A DNA stretch of 64,000 bases from Isurus oxyrinchus (GCA_026770705.1 JANJGN010000039.1:6448001-6512000); one strand, 5' to 3'. Counted from the stretch's first letter, positions 49,165-62,090 are shown. Notes: generated from the sequence alone by a model not told the origin. Numbers and translations are program-made.

Positions 49165-52030
49165 TTCCTTGTGTACCCGGCATATCACTGCTCACTCTTG
49201 GTGTGCTGGTATATAACTACAAACTCCTTAGTGTATGCGAAAAGCACTCCTTTACCCTGATGTAGCTGGTATGTCACACTGCTCCCCTAGTGTGCTGGCA
49301 TATTATCCCTCTCATTAGGAATACCATGCATGTGACTTCTCTCCACTAGTGTACAGTTGTTTCACGTCTCACACCTGATGCATATGTGTATACCTCCACT
49401 TGCCTGGTATATATTTGTAGCACTCATCTCGCTTGTTGTACATGCTACAACAGACCTTTTCCCGATATAGTGGAATAGCAAACAACGCCTCTGGTGCTCC
49501 GGTCTATCATCCTCACCCCTGGTGTAGCTGATACATCTCCCCTCTCCACTGGTGTTCCAGTACATCACCCATCTACCTTGATGCAACAATATTTCACCCC
49601 TCTACTGGTGCATACTGATATATTATTCCTCTCCCCTGGTGTACAAGTATATCACTCATTCCCCCTGCTCTACCGCTAAATTGCTCTCCTTCCCTGTTTA
49701 ATGGTCATAATATTATTCGTCCTTGTGTACCAATATATCAACACTCTCCCCTGGTGTATCTGCCTTAGCACTCCTCTCCCTAGGTGCATCTGTTATATAA
49801 TTCTTCTCCCCTGGTGTAAAGTTATACAACTCGTCTCCCCTGGAGTACATTTATATCAGTCGTATCTCCAGGTGCTCCTGGATATAAGAATTCTCTTGCC
49901 CTGATTTTCGTAGTATATCATTACTGCTTTCTGGATTAAATGGTATATGACTGCTCTTCTCTGGTATATCAATTCTCACCCCTTATACCAGGACCTCACT
50001 CATCTCCCCTGATGCACCTGGCATATCTCCACTCCCCCTTTTGCAAAGTTATATCATTCCTTTCACCCACTGTTTTGCAATAACACTGCTTAACCATGGT
50101 GCATGTGGAATTTCCCTCCTCTCCCCTAGTGTATCTGTATATCACCCCTCTCAACGGTGGTTTTATATTACTCTGCTCCCTGGTATACCATGTGCACCAC
50201 TATTCTAACTTGGTGAGTAGTTGACCTCTCCTCTCCCCTCATGTATATACATATCCGCCCAATCGCCTGGGGTACAGTTGTATCGCTCCTCTCCCCTGAT
50301 GCACCTGGTATAACCGTCCTCTCTCTTGTAAACCTGTGTATCACTCATCGCCACTGGGTGCTCCGGTATACTGCTTCCCTCCACTGACACACCATAATAT
50401 TATTCCAATCCTGGTGTACCTGGTATATCGCTCCTCTCCCCTCTTGTTCCATTATGTCACTCCTCTCCCCTTGAGTACCGATATATACATCCTCTTCGCT
50501 GGTGTACCTGATACAATACACCTCTCCCTTACTATAATGGGATATCAATCCTCTCCCCTGGTACAACTGGTTTATCATTCATCTCCCATTGTGTACTGGC
50601 ATTACACTTCTCTCCACTGATACAACACTCGTTTCCCCTTGTGTACCTTGTTTATCACCCCATTCTCCTGGTGTACTGATACATCACTCATCTCTCCTTG
50701 GTATATCAGTATGTCAGTCCTCTCCCCGGTAAGCTATTAAATCACTCCATTCCCCCACTCTACCTATTAAATGTTCCATCTCCCCTTGTGTGACTGGTAT
50801 ATCACTCGTCTCCCCTGGCGTATCTTGAAATCTCTCCTCCCCCCTTGTGTGAATGGTTTATCACTCCTATACCCTGGTACACCTACATATCACCCCTGTG
50901 CCCTGTTGCACCTTGTATGTCACAATTTTCCGCTGGTGTAGCGGCATGTCATTCCTCTCTGCTGATGTACCTGTATGTCAATCAACTTCCTGGTACACGC
51001 AATATCACTCCTCTCCCATAGTGTACCAGCATATCACTCCTTCCCCTAACTGTACTGGTATATTTCCCTAACTTTCTTTGTTACTGAGAAATCTCATTAC
51101 ATTCACTTTATTTATCACCCTTCCTATATAATCTCTCTCCTACTGTAACTCTTATTCCACTGCCCTGTTGCACAACAATTCCCACCCTTGGTGTATATGC
51201 GTGCTCATGACTAGGACCTAGTATAACTTGTCTCTCACTATCCCAAACCCCAATGCCCAGGGTATGCCCAACAGTGTACATTGTAATACAATAATCCTCT
51301 TCCTCTGGTTGAGCTGTCCCCACCTCTTCCCTCTTCCCTTGCTGCACCTGCTGGATGACCACCTCCTCTTCTGATGTACTATGAAATCCCTCTCTCGCTC
51401 CCTTGAAATGTAACTCCATCCATGCATGGTATACACGATTTTTCACCCACCTGCTGGGAAATAATTAATATTTCATCATCTCCCTCCGTTTGTTCGTGTA
51501 TTGATGCATTGCCCACCAACACCCACTCTATAATCGACATGCCACCCACCCAAACTAATGTATCTGGTGTTTCAAGACCCCTCTCTGGTTCATCGGATGT
51601 ATCTCCACACTTAGCCTGCTGGTCAAACCCTCTCCCATGGTCGATGTGTCATATCCCCAACCCATCTCCTGGGGCACTTGTTGCAGCGCCCAATATCCTC
51701 GGATATACCTGGTATAAATCTACCCCCTGCCCCTTTGCATTCAGAATATCAACACCTCCCTTGGTGTAGCTGGTATATCAATCCACCCTCTACTGCAGCT
51801 GATACACCTCCCCTCGCGCCTGGAATACAGGTACACCTTCCTTTTAGCATACATTTTCTCGTTTCAAGCGGTGAGGCACATGCTGTCGTGTTCAGAATTG
51901 AATATCTCCATTCTCTCCTATTGTTTATTGTACCCACCTCCCGTGCAGTATGACGCATGCCAATGTTCTACAGGGAATATCACCCCCTTTCCCCAGTGTC
52001 CCTCTTATATCACTTACTTACCGTGAATGT
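49165..52030. repeat. 29-30-bp pyrimidine-rich minisatellite (~90 degenerate units)
   Basis: Consensus CTGGTGTACC(T)GGTATATCACTCCTCTCCC, e.g. 50411-50440. More decayed beyond ~51100. Confidence 0.9.
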
Positions 52031-52549
52031 GGACTACCATCTCCTGCATCTCGCAATGAACCTGTAACAACAACTCGACCCCACTGGGTCAAAAGGACAT
52101 AATGGAATCTATCCTCTAGTGTGCTTGGCATCCTAACCCCTTCCCCAGTTCTGCTTCTGCATCAGCCCCATTCCGCCCAGCAAACTCATTCGGAGAAACA
52201 ATTCCAGAGATTGCTGTAGGGGAATGGGAACAGCAGATAGAGACTAAGGTGATGAAGGAAAATAGTGCAGAACAACAGATGTCAGACAGACAATGCAAAA
52301 GTGAGAGTCTTAATTTGAAAGTGTTGGCAATGTGTGGAAGGTGGGGAAGAGGGAGAAGTGGTTTCCTAGTGGCGGTGTCCGAGTGAAGGAAGGGAGAGGT
52401 TGGGGATTGAAGAACCAAATAAGAGAGTTAAGTTTCGATATATATATTTTAAAAAATGAGCATTAGATAATACAAAAGTGAATCTCAAACACTGCCATCT
52501 GCAGGCAAATGGGAAAAGGCCGATATGAGGAGTGGAGTTGAAAAGTGCC

Positions 52550-53780
52550 AAAAAGCGACGGTACTCACGAATACAGGAGATATTGCTGGGATATTACTTG
52601 ATTACCATCTATCCTTCACAAGGAACATTAATGTGGAGAATGTCTTAGCTAGGCTACATTCACTGTGACAAAGAAGTGTTTCAAGGAGATTTGCAAATGT
52701 GAATGATTGGACAAACTGGGTCTGTTTCTTTAGGAGATTGGAAAAAAATGAGAAGATACCTCATTGAAACATATACAATTCAGAGGGGTTTGATATTAGT
52801 GGATACTAGGAGGATGGTCACGTTTGGGAGAGATTCGAAATTATTCGACACCAATTCAGAATATGTGGTCGCCCATTTTGGATGGAGATGAGGTTTAATC
52901 TTTCTCTCTGAGGAGATTCTAATTCTTTGAACTCTTTCCCTGGATATTTTGGAGGAAAGGCCATTGAACAATCTTAAGGCAGAGGTAAATAATTATTCAC
53001 TCACTAGACAGTCAAGGGTATCAGTGGTGGAACATTCTCAAATGAGCCGAATTGCCAAACGCTGCTTCTACATCAGATGCCTATATATTTCACCATTGTT
53101 TAAAAAATTGTGTAAAGATTACTCAGCAACTACAAGACAGTCAGCTTATCCCCAGTGGAGGGAAGGCTTCCACAACGCATACTGAGTAATGTATTCATTC
53201 TTGCTTGGTAACAAGGCATCTCACTATATGAAAGGAGGCATGTTTGGTTAAGGAAAAATCGTGTCATCAAAATTGCTGCAGGTTTCAAGTGAGGTGATAA
53301 AATGATGTATGAGGGTAATGTGGTTGATGTTATGTACATAGGCTTCTGAAAGGCTTCTGTTAAGTGCCACAAAACTTTGAAATTTGCAGCTCCTGGAAAA
53401 AAGGAAAAATAGCAAATGGATATTAACTACTTGAGTGACACGAAAAACAGTGCAGTGGTCAATATATGTGCGTTGTTTTTGGACGAGTAGAAAGTAACTG
53501 TGATGAAGATAATGGGGAAATTTCAATGGGCAGAGATATTGGTGAATTGGGCAGACAGGTGATAGATGGCACTTCATGCAGAAAAATGAGAAGTGATTCA
53601 TGTTAGAAAAGAAGACATTAAAGTATGGAATTCTAAGGGAATTTTGGAGCAGAGTGATCATGATGAATATATCTGTCACTCAGGCTGAGGGAGTGGGTTT
53701 TACATTACGCACTGTCCTTACTTTCACGAATTGGCACATGAAGCCCGAAAGCAAGGACGTTGTCTTAAACTTATTTGAAG
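52550..53780 (+). mobile_element. Decayed CR1 LINE fragments
   Basis: MRRYLIETYTIQRGL (LRGDLIE.YKI-like) and GTGGTTGATGTTATGTACATAGGCTTCTGAAAGGC (VD..Y.DFQKAF-like). Confidence 0.55.
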
Positions 53781-53813
<33 letters not shown>

Positions 53814-54319
53814 GCCAACTCCAATAACCTATCAGGTTGCACATTTGTTCTGCCACCCATTCGCTACATGAACAAAAAGCTCCTCATGTCAGTTGTACTG
53901 TTATTAGTAAGAATCTGGGGTAATGCTCCTCTAGTTATCGACCTCTCATATACTGGCATTCGTTACTCCAACCTCAACATTGCTCTCCAATCTCCTCTTC
54001 ACCCGCTGTCCTTTGATTCGAGGGTGATGTTCCCACAGGGTATGGATTTCCTCCGAAGTGTCTTCATGTGGGATGAACAGGCCCAGTCTCGACTCACGCA
54101 TCTTTGACAGATGGTGACAAGCCATACCAAGCGAAAAGGAAATGCAGGTTTTGAGTCTTAACTTCTCTGGCTCATTATTAAGGCATTGGTACCCTAGATA
54201 TCATGGATCCCTGCTGATACCTGGTGGCAATTCAGAATCGTTGGGAACAATCATCCCGCCCTTCAAGGTCAAAGCAGCCACATTTCAAGGGACATACTAG
54301 ACATATTATGTACATATGA

Positions 54320-55530
54320 ATATACGAATTTGGAGCAGGAGTGGGCCACACGGCTCCTCGACCCTGCTGCACATTTCAATAAGATCGTGGCTGACCTGAA
54401 TGTTACCATTACCCGACAGTCCTGCCTACCCGCGATAACCTTTCACCTCCCTTCTTAATCAAGAATCTACCTGCACCTGCCTCAAAAATATTCAATGACT
54501 CTGAACGCAACACCTGTTAATGTTTAGAGATTCAAAGAATCACGCCCGTCTGCTATTACACGAAGAAATTCTCATTCCTCTCTGAAATTAATGAACCTTT
54601 ATTTTGAAACGGAGACCACTAATTCTCGATCCTCCCACAGGAGGAAAATCCTTCTTCACATCCACCCTCTCAAGGCCACTCAGGATCTTGAAGATCTCAA
54701 TGATGTCACCTCTTAATCTTTTAAATTCTTCTGGACACACACCTCATCTACCCAGCCTTTCCTCATTATTCAAACCGTCCTTTCCAGGTATTAATCGGAA
54801 AAATATTATCTGAAATCCTTCCAACGTATTTACATCTTTATTTCATTAAATAATGAGGGGGAACGGTACACAAAACCATCATATGTGGTCTCACCAGTGC
54901 CCTGTACAACGGAAGCATATTCTCCCTGCTTTTGTAATCATTTCTTCTCACGGTAATCGATGACATTCTATTGTCCATGCTAATTATTTGCTGTACTTGC
55001 AATCGGAATTTTGTTGTTCATGCTCTAGTAAAACCGGACCGCTCTGAATCTCAAAGTTACAATTTCTCACCATTTAGAGAATACCTTTTTAAAAATACAC
55101 TGCCTGGCAAAGTGGACAATATCACTTTTGCCCACATTATAATGACGTAATGAGATATTTGCCCACCTATTTAATCTAACCCGTTCATGGGCATTTACAG
55201 TATAGAAGGAGGCCATTCCACACACGTGTTCACACCGGTCAACAAAGATCTGGAAACACTTATCCCATTCTCCAGAGCTTGGCCCATATCCCTGGGAGCT
55301 ATGGCAACGCAAGTGAAAATCTAAATACTTCATAAATGTTACACAATTCAAACTCAAACATTCTTTCAGGCAATGTGTAGTAATCTCCCACCACCCTCTG
55401 GCAAAAAAATCTTCTCATCAACTGCCCTCTTAGCCTTCTACCTCTTCACTTAAATCAATGCGCCTTGGTTATTGACCCCTGTACTAATGCAAAAAATGCC
55501 CTCCTATCTACCCTCTCTCTGCCCCTGGTC
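54320..55530 (-). mobile_element. Two adjacent CR1 LINE 3' fragments
   Basis: 3' UTR-like ends at ~54330 (GGAGCAGGAGTGGGCCAC..CCCTGCTGCACATTTCAATAAGATCGTGGCTGA) and ~55200 (TAGAAGGAGGCCATTC). RT remnant ATGTGGTCTCACCAGTGCCCTGTACAAC is antisense LYRALVRPH. Confidence 0.7.
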
Positions 55531-55554
55531 AAAAAAATAAAATCGTGCATGTAA

Positions 55555-56474
55555 TGTTACTGGAACTTATTTCAGCATAGAATATAGAGGTGTCNNNNNN
55601 NNNNNNNNNNNNNNNNNNNNNNNNNNNNNNNNNNNNNNNNNNNNNNNNNNNNNNNNNNNNNNNNNNNNNNNNNNNNNNNNNNNNNNNNNNNNNNNNNNNN
55701 NNNNNNNNNNNNNNNNNNNNNNNNNNNNNNNNNNGTTTCTGTTTGTCTTATTTGGGTCAAATGCAGCTGGTCTAGAGGCCATGACGTATATAAGAGAGGA
55801 AGCTTTGTAACGGTAATTAGATAAACATAGGGAAATAGAAGATGCGGGGTCAATGGGGGAAATTTGCATTCTTAAACCTGCTCTTCAATAGAGCTGGTGA
55901 CATTTTTTCCCTAAACAGCTGAAGCTCAGAAACTTTTTTTTTCGAAGCTTATTAGTAAATTTAGTATCTTAAGAGGATTTTATTGTTAGTAGGTTAAGGT
56001 TAAAATATTATAGTTACAATGGGAATTTGCATGAAAGAGGAAAACATGTGCAAACAATAGAAGGATTTTGGGAAAATAAGGAGGGGTTCTAAAATCTAAC
56101 GCCTCCAGGCTGAGAACCTCACGTCTGTCTGCAAGGACGCCGAGATGAAGGAAACTCATTTTGAATGTGACTGCCAGCTGTGTGTTTTTCCTCTTGCCTT
56201 ACCAGGGGTCTAACTGAGAGTCGGATTAATTGGATTTTTTGAGTTATTGGAGTACCAAATTTGCAATCGTATGTAAGGAGTTACCCATTTCTTGTATTAA
56301 TAAATGTTTCATTTGGTTTAATTAATAAATAACCTTGCACTGTGCTGGTGTCATTATTTCTTTTGAAAGCCTGCAATGCAAAAAATACGAATTGCAAAAT
56401 TCGGTTGTGACATTGTTTCAATTTCTCTTCTTGATTTTAACAACTCAACCTTTATCCTCGGCAGTTTCATAGCA
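55555..56474 (+). mobile_element. Possible solo LTR spanning the gap
   Basis: TG..CA ends (TGTTAC..TTCATAGCA), internal AATAAA signals at ~56299 and ~56323, and short similarity to 22719-23747. No TSD found. Confidence 0.3.
55595..55734. other. Assembly gap (N run)
   Basis: 140 consecutive N. Confidence 1.
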
Positions 56475-58219
56475 CCCTCATAAAATTGTGCGTCTCTACC
56501 AGTTCCATTCAATTTACCCACGTCCCTTTTTAGCCTCCTTGTGAAGTATTTTCTGTGTCCTTCAATCCGCACTTGGCCAAATTAGAGTTCAGATTTCAGA
56601 GCCATGGGATAAGCTTTGACCAACTCGTAATCCACGCATTGTAACGAGACGTTTTCACTGATCAGAAGTAGAGTCATTGTCTGAAAAACAAATTGTCAGC
56701 ACAATTAGGCTCAGCAGTGCTTGTTTTTCTGCTGTTTCCTGTATCAGAAAATAAGTAGTACACAGCCTCTGATGTTCAGTCTCATGAACGTCAAATGACA
56801 GACGAGATACCGATCAAGCGGATGCTTTTGGATAGGATCTGCATTTTCTGCACAGCAGGCGGCTATTGGGTTGTTATGTCTGTAGTGGTTCAATTTAGAG
56901 CTACTAAATACAGCTCGTCACTGCAACTGCCCATTCCTGTGGAATCCCCTTTCTCACGGCATTAATTCAAGATCCTTTTGAAAGCTACAATTGAATGGGC
57001 TGCCGTTAATGCAGGGAATTACTGATCATAAATGAAAACCGCGTCATCTTCACTCTGGTTATTTATTAAAGTAAAAATATACCTCTATTCTCTGTTCACA
57101 GAGCTTTCATCTCGTGAAACCATGCTTTTTTTTAATATCTCAAGCTCAATCCCACTTTTCAGCACCTTCACTCTGTGACCTTTTACCCTCTCTGCATTCA
57201 GGCAGCAATCCCAGCTCCACCAGTAGTTCCACAGGCCTGAAGTCCCACAACCCGGCCAGCATTCCCGCTCAAGCTTCTGCAGAACTCTGGGCTTCTGCTG
57301 CACATTAGGAGGTCAGAGTTAGGAACACACCTGGCAAGGCACAAACAACGTTTTTTTTTCCAATTTATTAGGACTTCCATGTTTCTGTTCTCATGACTGC
57401 ACAAAGAAACCTGCTATTATGCTTTTTCCAGCGATCTTGTAAACCTGAACTGCGACCTTGAAAATCTTAATGTGTAACGTCCACATCCACCTATTTTCCT
57501 TTATAAATTGCACCGAATGTCTTCTCCACACTCTTTTGTAGGAAATTTCATCTGCCATGTGTCTAATGATATCTCCTTTCAAGTCGATATTTATTCACTA
57601 GCCTCCTTTTTCTTCAAGCTAGGAATATATTCGTTCTAGACTACGGTCTCCCGAAATCCCTTCTCAATCGACCCGAAGTTGACTAGGTTCCATTTGCAGG
57701 GGTGAACAGCTCTCCTTTTAAACAGTGCGTAACGATCATAAATGTGCAGCCCTACGGAATGGCTCAATATATAATGAGGAATGAAATGTGTTGGCCATCA
57801 TCTCAATTGTTTCCATTATTCATTCCCTCAGCATCCCTTGTACGTCCGCCATGTTGGGTATACGTTCGAATTTTTTTCGAAATATGAAAAAAAATGTTCT
57901 TGCATTTCAAGGAATGAACTGAATCTGTTTGTTCAGTGAACATAATTGATGATTGTCTCCCTCGGGTCTGATTGTCTCACTGGAGGATTTGCTCCGCCCT
58001 TGATAAGTGGGTCAATTCAACGTGTCCTTCTGTTACATTTGGGAGGGCATCACCATCAGCACTAAGAGTGTTGATTTAAAGTTTGTAAATTTCCTTTAAA
58101 CTTTGTTCTTGGTTTTTTACAGCTGACCTGAATTAGGGGCTGTGCCTGATTTATCCCAATTTTGCTGATTTGGTTTTCATTTAAAAGATTATCAGCACTA
58201 AGAGGGATCAATGACTCCA

Positions 58220-58331
58220 CTGAGAGAGTCAGAGTTAGAGGGAGAGAGAAAAAGAGAGAGAGGAAGATAGATAGAAGTAGACAGTGAGGGAGAGTGGGAG
58301 AGAGAGAGAGAGAAAGATAAAGAGAAAGAGG
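58220..58331. repeat. (GA)n-rich tract immediately upstream of pseudogene 3
   Basis: Imperfect GA/AG run visible directly. Confidence 0.85.
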
Positions 58332-58457
58332 AGGAATCAGAACGTGAGAACAAGTGACTTGCATGATCGACCAATGAATCAGTAACTGAGAACAACAGTT
58401 TGGAATGTTACAACAATGAATCAGAATCTGAAAGCAATGGGTTCGAATGTTACAACA
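58332..58457 (+). repeat. Three 42-nt tandem units encoding the receptor N-terminus
   Basis: Units at 58332, 58374 and 58416 translate RNQNVRTSDLHDRP / MNQ*LRTTVWNVTT / MNQNLKAMGSNVTT, in frame with TM1. Confidence 0.8.
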
Positions 58458-59542
58458 ATGGAGAGGAGTTTATCATGGGCGCTGTTCCAATTATCATTTA
58501 ACTATGACTGACTAACATTGGCTGACCGGATGCGATTTGCACTTCAGGTCATTCAGGCGGGTTACTATCCTTTTCTCGCCCTCGTTGGTGTCCCTGGTGA
58601 AACTGTCTATCTGACCATTGATTCGATGACCCATGTTTAACTGAAGTAACTGGATTTTGTTATTTAAATATTGAGAAGGCTGAAGCCAGCACCTTGATTT
58701 CCCATCACATACACTGGTGCAGATCTATTGAAGTCATACTGAAGGAGATGCTGGGTATTTATTTTCCGGATTCATTCTTGACAATGAGCACGGTGTGCCA
58801 TCTAACTGACACATTGATTTATATATTCACATCAGCCGCTGTCTGGTTAACAGTGGCGTTCACATTTGATCGTTTTGTGGCGATATGTTGTCAGGAGCTG
58901 AGGAAAAAATATTGTACAGAGACAACAGGCGCAGCTGTCATATGAGTAGTGAGTGTTTTGAGTTGTTTGACAAACATTCCCTAGTATTTTGCTTATGAAA
59001 CTCTATATATATTTGGCAATGTACCTCGCGGTTGCAAATTAAAACAGACATTTTTCAATTATGCTGAATGGGCTGCATTTGATTGGTTTACCCTTACTTT
59101 GACCCCATTTGTTCCATTCATTTTAATTTTGTTGCTAAATGTTTTGACGGTGAGACGTATTTTAGCTGCCAGTAGAGTTCGCAGGGGTCTCCGCGGTTGC
59201 TGCAATGGAGAGCATCACAATGATCCAGAGATTGAAAGCCGAAGAAAGTCCATCATTTTACTGTTCAGTATAACCGGCAGCTTTATGTTGTTCTGGGCAG
59301 CTCCGGTTTTATTTTATTTTATCACCCTGCGTACAGCAATCATTTCATATTCTGGCACTAATGAACTTGAGTCATTGGGATTCATGCTTGGGCTCCTCAG
59401 TTGCTGCACAAATACATTCATTTATGTGCTGACACAGTCTAAGTTTAGGGAGGAGCTGAAGAACGGAATGGTGCGTAAAATTACTCAAATTACAGCTGAA
59501 AACCAATTGACATATGCAGGAGGACAGAAACATTGTGCCTGA
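58332..59542 (+). pseudogene. GPR139/GPR142-like class A GPCR pseudogene (paralogue 3), exon 1 plus 5'-damaged exon 2
   Basis: Exon 1 reads ..MERSLSWALFQLSFNYD*LTLADRMRFALQVIQAGYYPFLALVGVP G|GTGAAA (donor 58597). Exon 2 is readable from 58727 (IEVILKE..VCHL..AVWLTVAFTFDRFVAICCQ..YCT). In-frame stops at 58383, 58509, 58943 and 58982. C-terminal half LTPFVPFILILLLNVLT..DPEIESRRKSIILLF..LSCCTNTFIY..QSKFREELK. AATAAA at 59666. Confidence 0.92.
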
Positions 59543-61109
59543 AGAGACTCAAATTAGCAAAATACTTGAAGCAATATACGGCCACTCTGGGCGAAATTAT
59601 ATCCCACCTAAAAGTAGACCTTCATAGTTTGGTTTCAAATTGAACTCCTTTTCACAGTATACTGTAATAAATGGTTAACATGAGGCATGATGATAATAAT
59701 AAAAAGAAAATTACTGAACAGCCCGTGTTATTATTGCAGGGTTTGAGAGGATGAATTGTGATGCCCGGTTCTGTAACAATAGAGCTCATTGCAACAGATG
59801 CTCTGAACAAGAAGTAAACACCCAAAACATCATTAGATGTATCACAATAACTCGAACAAGCATAACATAGAAAAAAACGTCACAAATACACTTCAATGTC
59901 TCTTCTGGGTCGAATAATATATGGGGCGGTTTTCAGAACAGGTTTCATGAAACCTGGCACCCTCCAAATATCCGACTGTTGCACAATGAGCTGCTACTCA
60001 GAGTTCCATATACCTCACACTATTAAAACAAGGAACGCCTTGCCATCAAGTGCTTTGTGAAAGATCGGGCATTGGCGCAATTGATCACATGGTACATGTT
60101 ATCACTCATTCGCAAGGTCTACAGGACTTAGAGACGGTTCCATATTTTGGCTTCGGATTTCCTTACGATTTCTTTGAAAGTTTGCATAGCTCAAGCTTAA
60201 TTATTGACGAAAATAGGGACTGCCACCTCTCCACATGCTCATTCACAACAGTCTGTGTTTCACGTTTTCTGGTCCTTTCACACACACGGCCACCAGATGG
60301 TTGTTATCACAATTCACAGATGCTGTGGCGTCTGAAAATTATTAACTTGAAATCCACTCATCAAAATGACGAGTGAAGCTTCAACCAGATATCCGCACGA
60401 ATTGCCAGGTATGAAACATCCACTCGCTCATGGCCCTACCATATATATCTTTCTTTGTATTCCTATGTATTTTGAATGTGAACAAATATAATTTTATTCT
60501 TCTTTTCACATATTCTTTTCGTTTATTCTCAATTACTTTACTTAAACACAGTTCTTTGAATGCAACCTAATACATTTTATAGCATAGAGCAGATAATTTG
60601 ACCCCTTCTTTCCTTATTGGGTCTCTGAAGCTAAGATGCAGACGGCAGCCACTCATCCTCCTTGTGCATGCTGTGTGGGTCATGCGGTTTTCTCAGAAAC
60701 ACAAAATTGCCTTGACCTTTCCTAGTTGACCAGCCTAATCATCCGGCAAAATGGTTGGCCAGAAGAACGGCCAATTAAAATGCCAAATGTACACTGGAGT
60801 TAGATAGACACCTGCACCCGCCGTCACGGAATAAATTATCATAAAAAAAATGATGCGGTCATTGCATGAGGGGCACAGCAAGGAAAGCATTTATTGACAA
60901 CCTCTCATTGCTCTTACAGCGAAGTGAACGTGACCCGCCTTTTCGAGCAGCTACAGTGAATATTCAATCAAAATACTTAGGACCTGAATTAATGAATAAC
61001 CACACCGACGGCTCGGCTAGCACTCTTTTCCAAATAGTTGCTGTGACTTTTTTGCACCTGCACTTTCTAAATATCAACCCTGGCTGCTGAGCTCCCAGTC
61101 CTTTTAGTT

Positions 61110-62090
61110 CCTTGGGGAACCTGAGTTCCTCAGGTTAGTTACCGAGGTCCAACCATGCTTAGCTCCCTCATCAAGGATCAGCACTCCATTGCAACGTCAG
61201 GAATGGGGATGTTCGCTGATGATGCACAATGCTCAACACATTTCCAGATTCCTGAGATAATGAGGCAGCCCATGGCCAAATTAAGCATATTCTGGACAAC
61301 GTATTGTCTTTGGCTGACAATTGGCAAACAACGTTCACACCAGACAAGTGCCAGGCAATGACCATCTCCAAAAGAGTTAATCTAACCAACGTCTGTTGTC
61401 ATTCAATGGTATTAACGAATGTCCCACGAACAGCATTGTAACTGTTATCATTGACTGGAAAAAAAACTGGATTAGGCATATAAACACCATGTCTACTAAT
61501 CCACTTCAGAGGCGGCAAGTAACACACTTCCTGGTTCCCGAAATCCTATCCACAATCTTCAAGGCAAAAGAAAGGATTGTGATGCTATACTCTCCACTTG
61601 CCTAAATGCGTGCAGCTCCAGCAAAACTCAAGAAGCTTGACAGCATCAAGGACAAAGCAGCCGCTTGATGGACACTACACCAACAGACATTTTGTTCCTC
61701 CACCGCCAATGAACAATGGCAGCAGTCCGTGCCACCTATAAGAAGCAATTCAGGGGTACACGAAGGCTCCTGAGGCAGCACTTTCCAAACTCACAACCGG
61801 TGCCACCTAGTAGGATAAGGGGCAGCAGGTTACCGGGAACACCAATACCTGGAAGATCCCCCCAAGCTACTCGTAACCCTGATTTGGAAATTTATCGCTG
61901 TGCCTTCAATATCCATGTGTCAAAATCCTGGAAATCCATCTCTATCAGCACTGTGGGTGTACGGGCACAGCAGGGACTGCTGTGGTTCAAGAAGGCAGCT
62001 TATCACCATCTTCACAAGCATAAGTAGTTATTGGCAAGAAATGATGTGCCAGCGATTGAAGCCAAAATAACGTATATGAATAATAAAAAA
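61110..62090 (+). mobile_element. Second LINE family (CR1-Zenon-like), RT to 3' end
   Basis: GAGTTCCTCAGGTTAGT (VPQ.S), GMGMFADDAQ, GCAGCTCCAGCAAAACTCAAGAAGCTTGACAGCATCAAGGACAAAGCAGCC, and an A-rich tail at ~62080. Confidence 0.8.
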
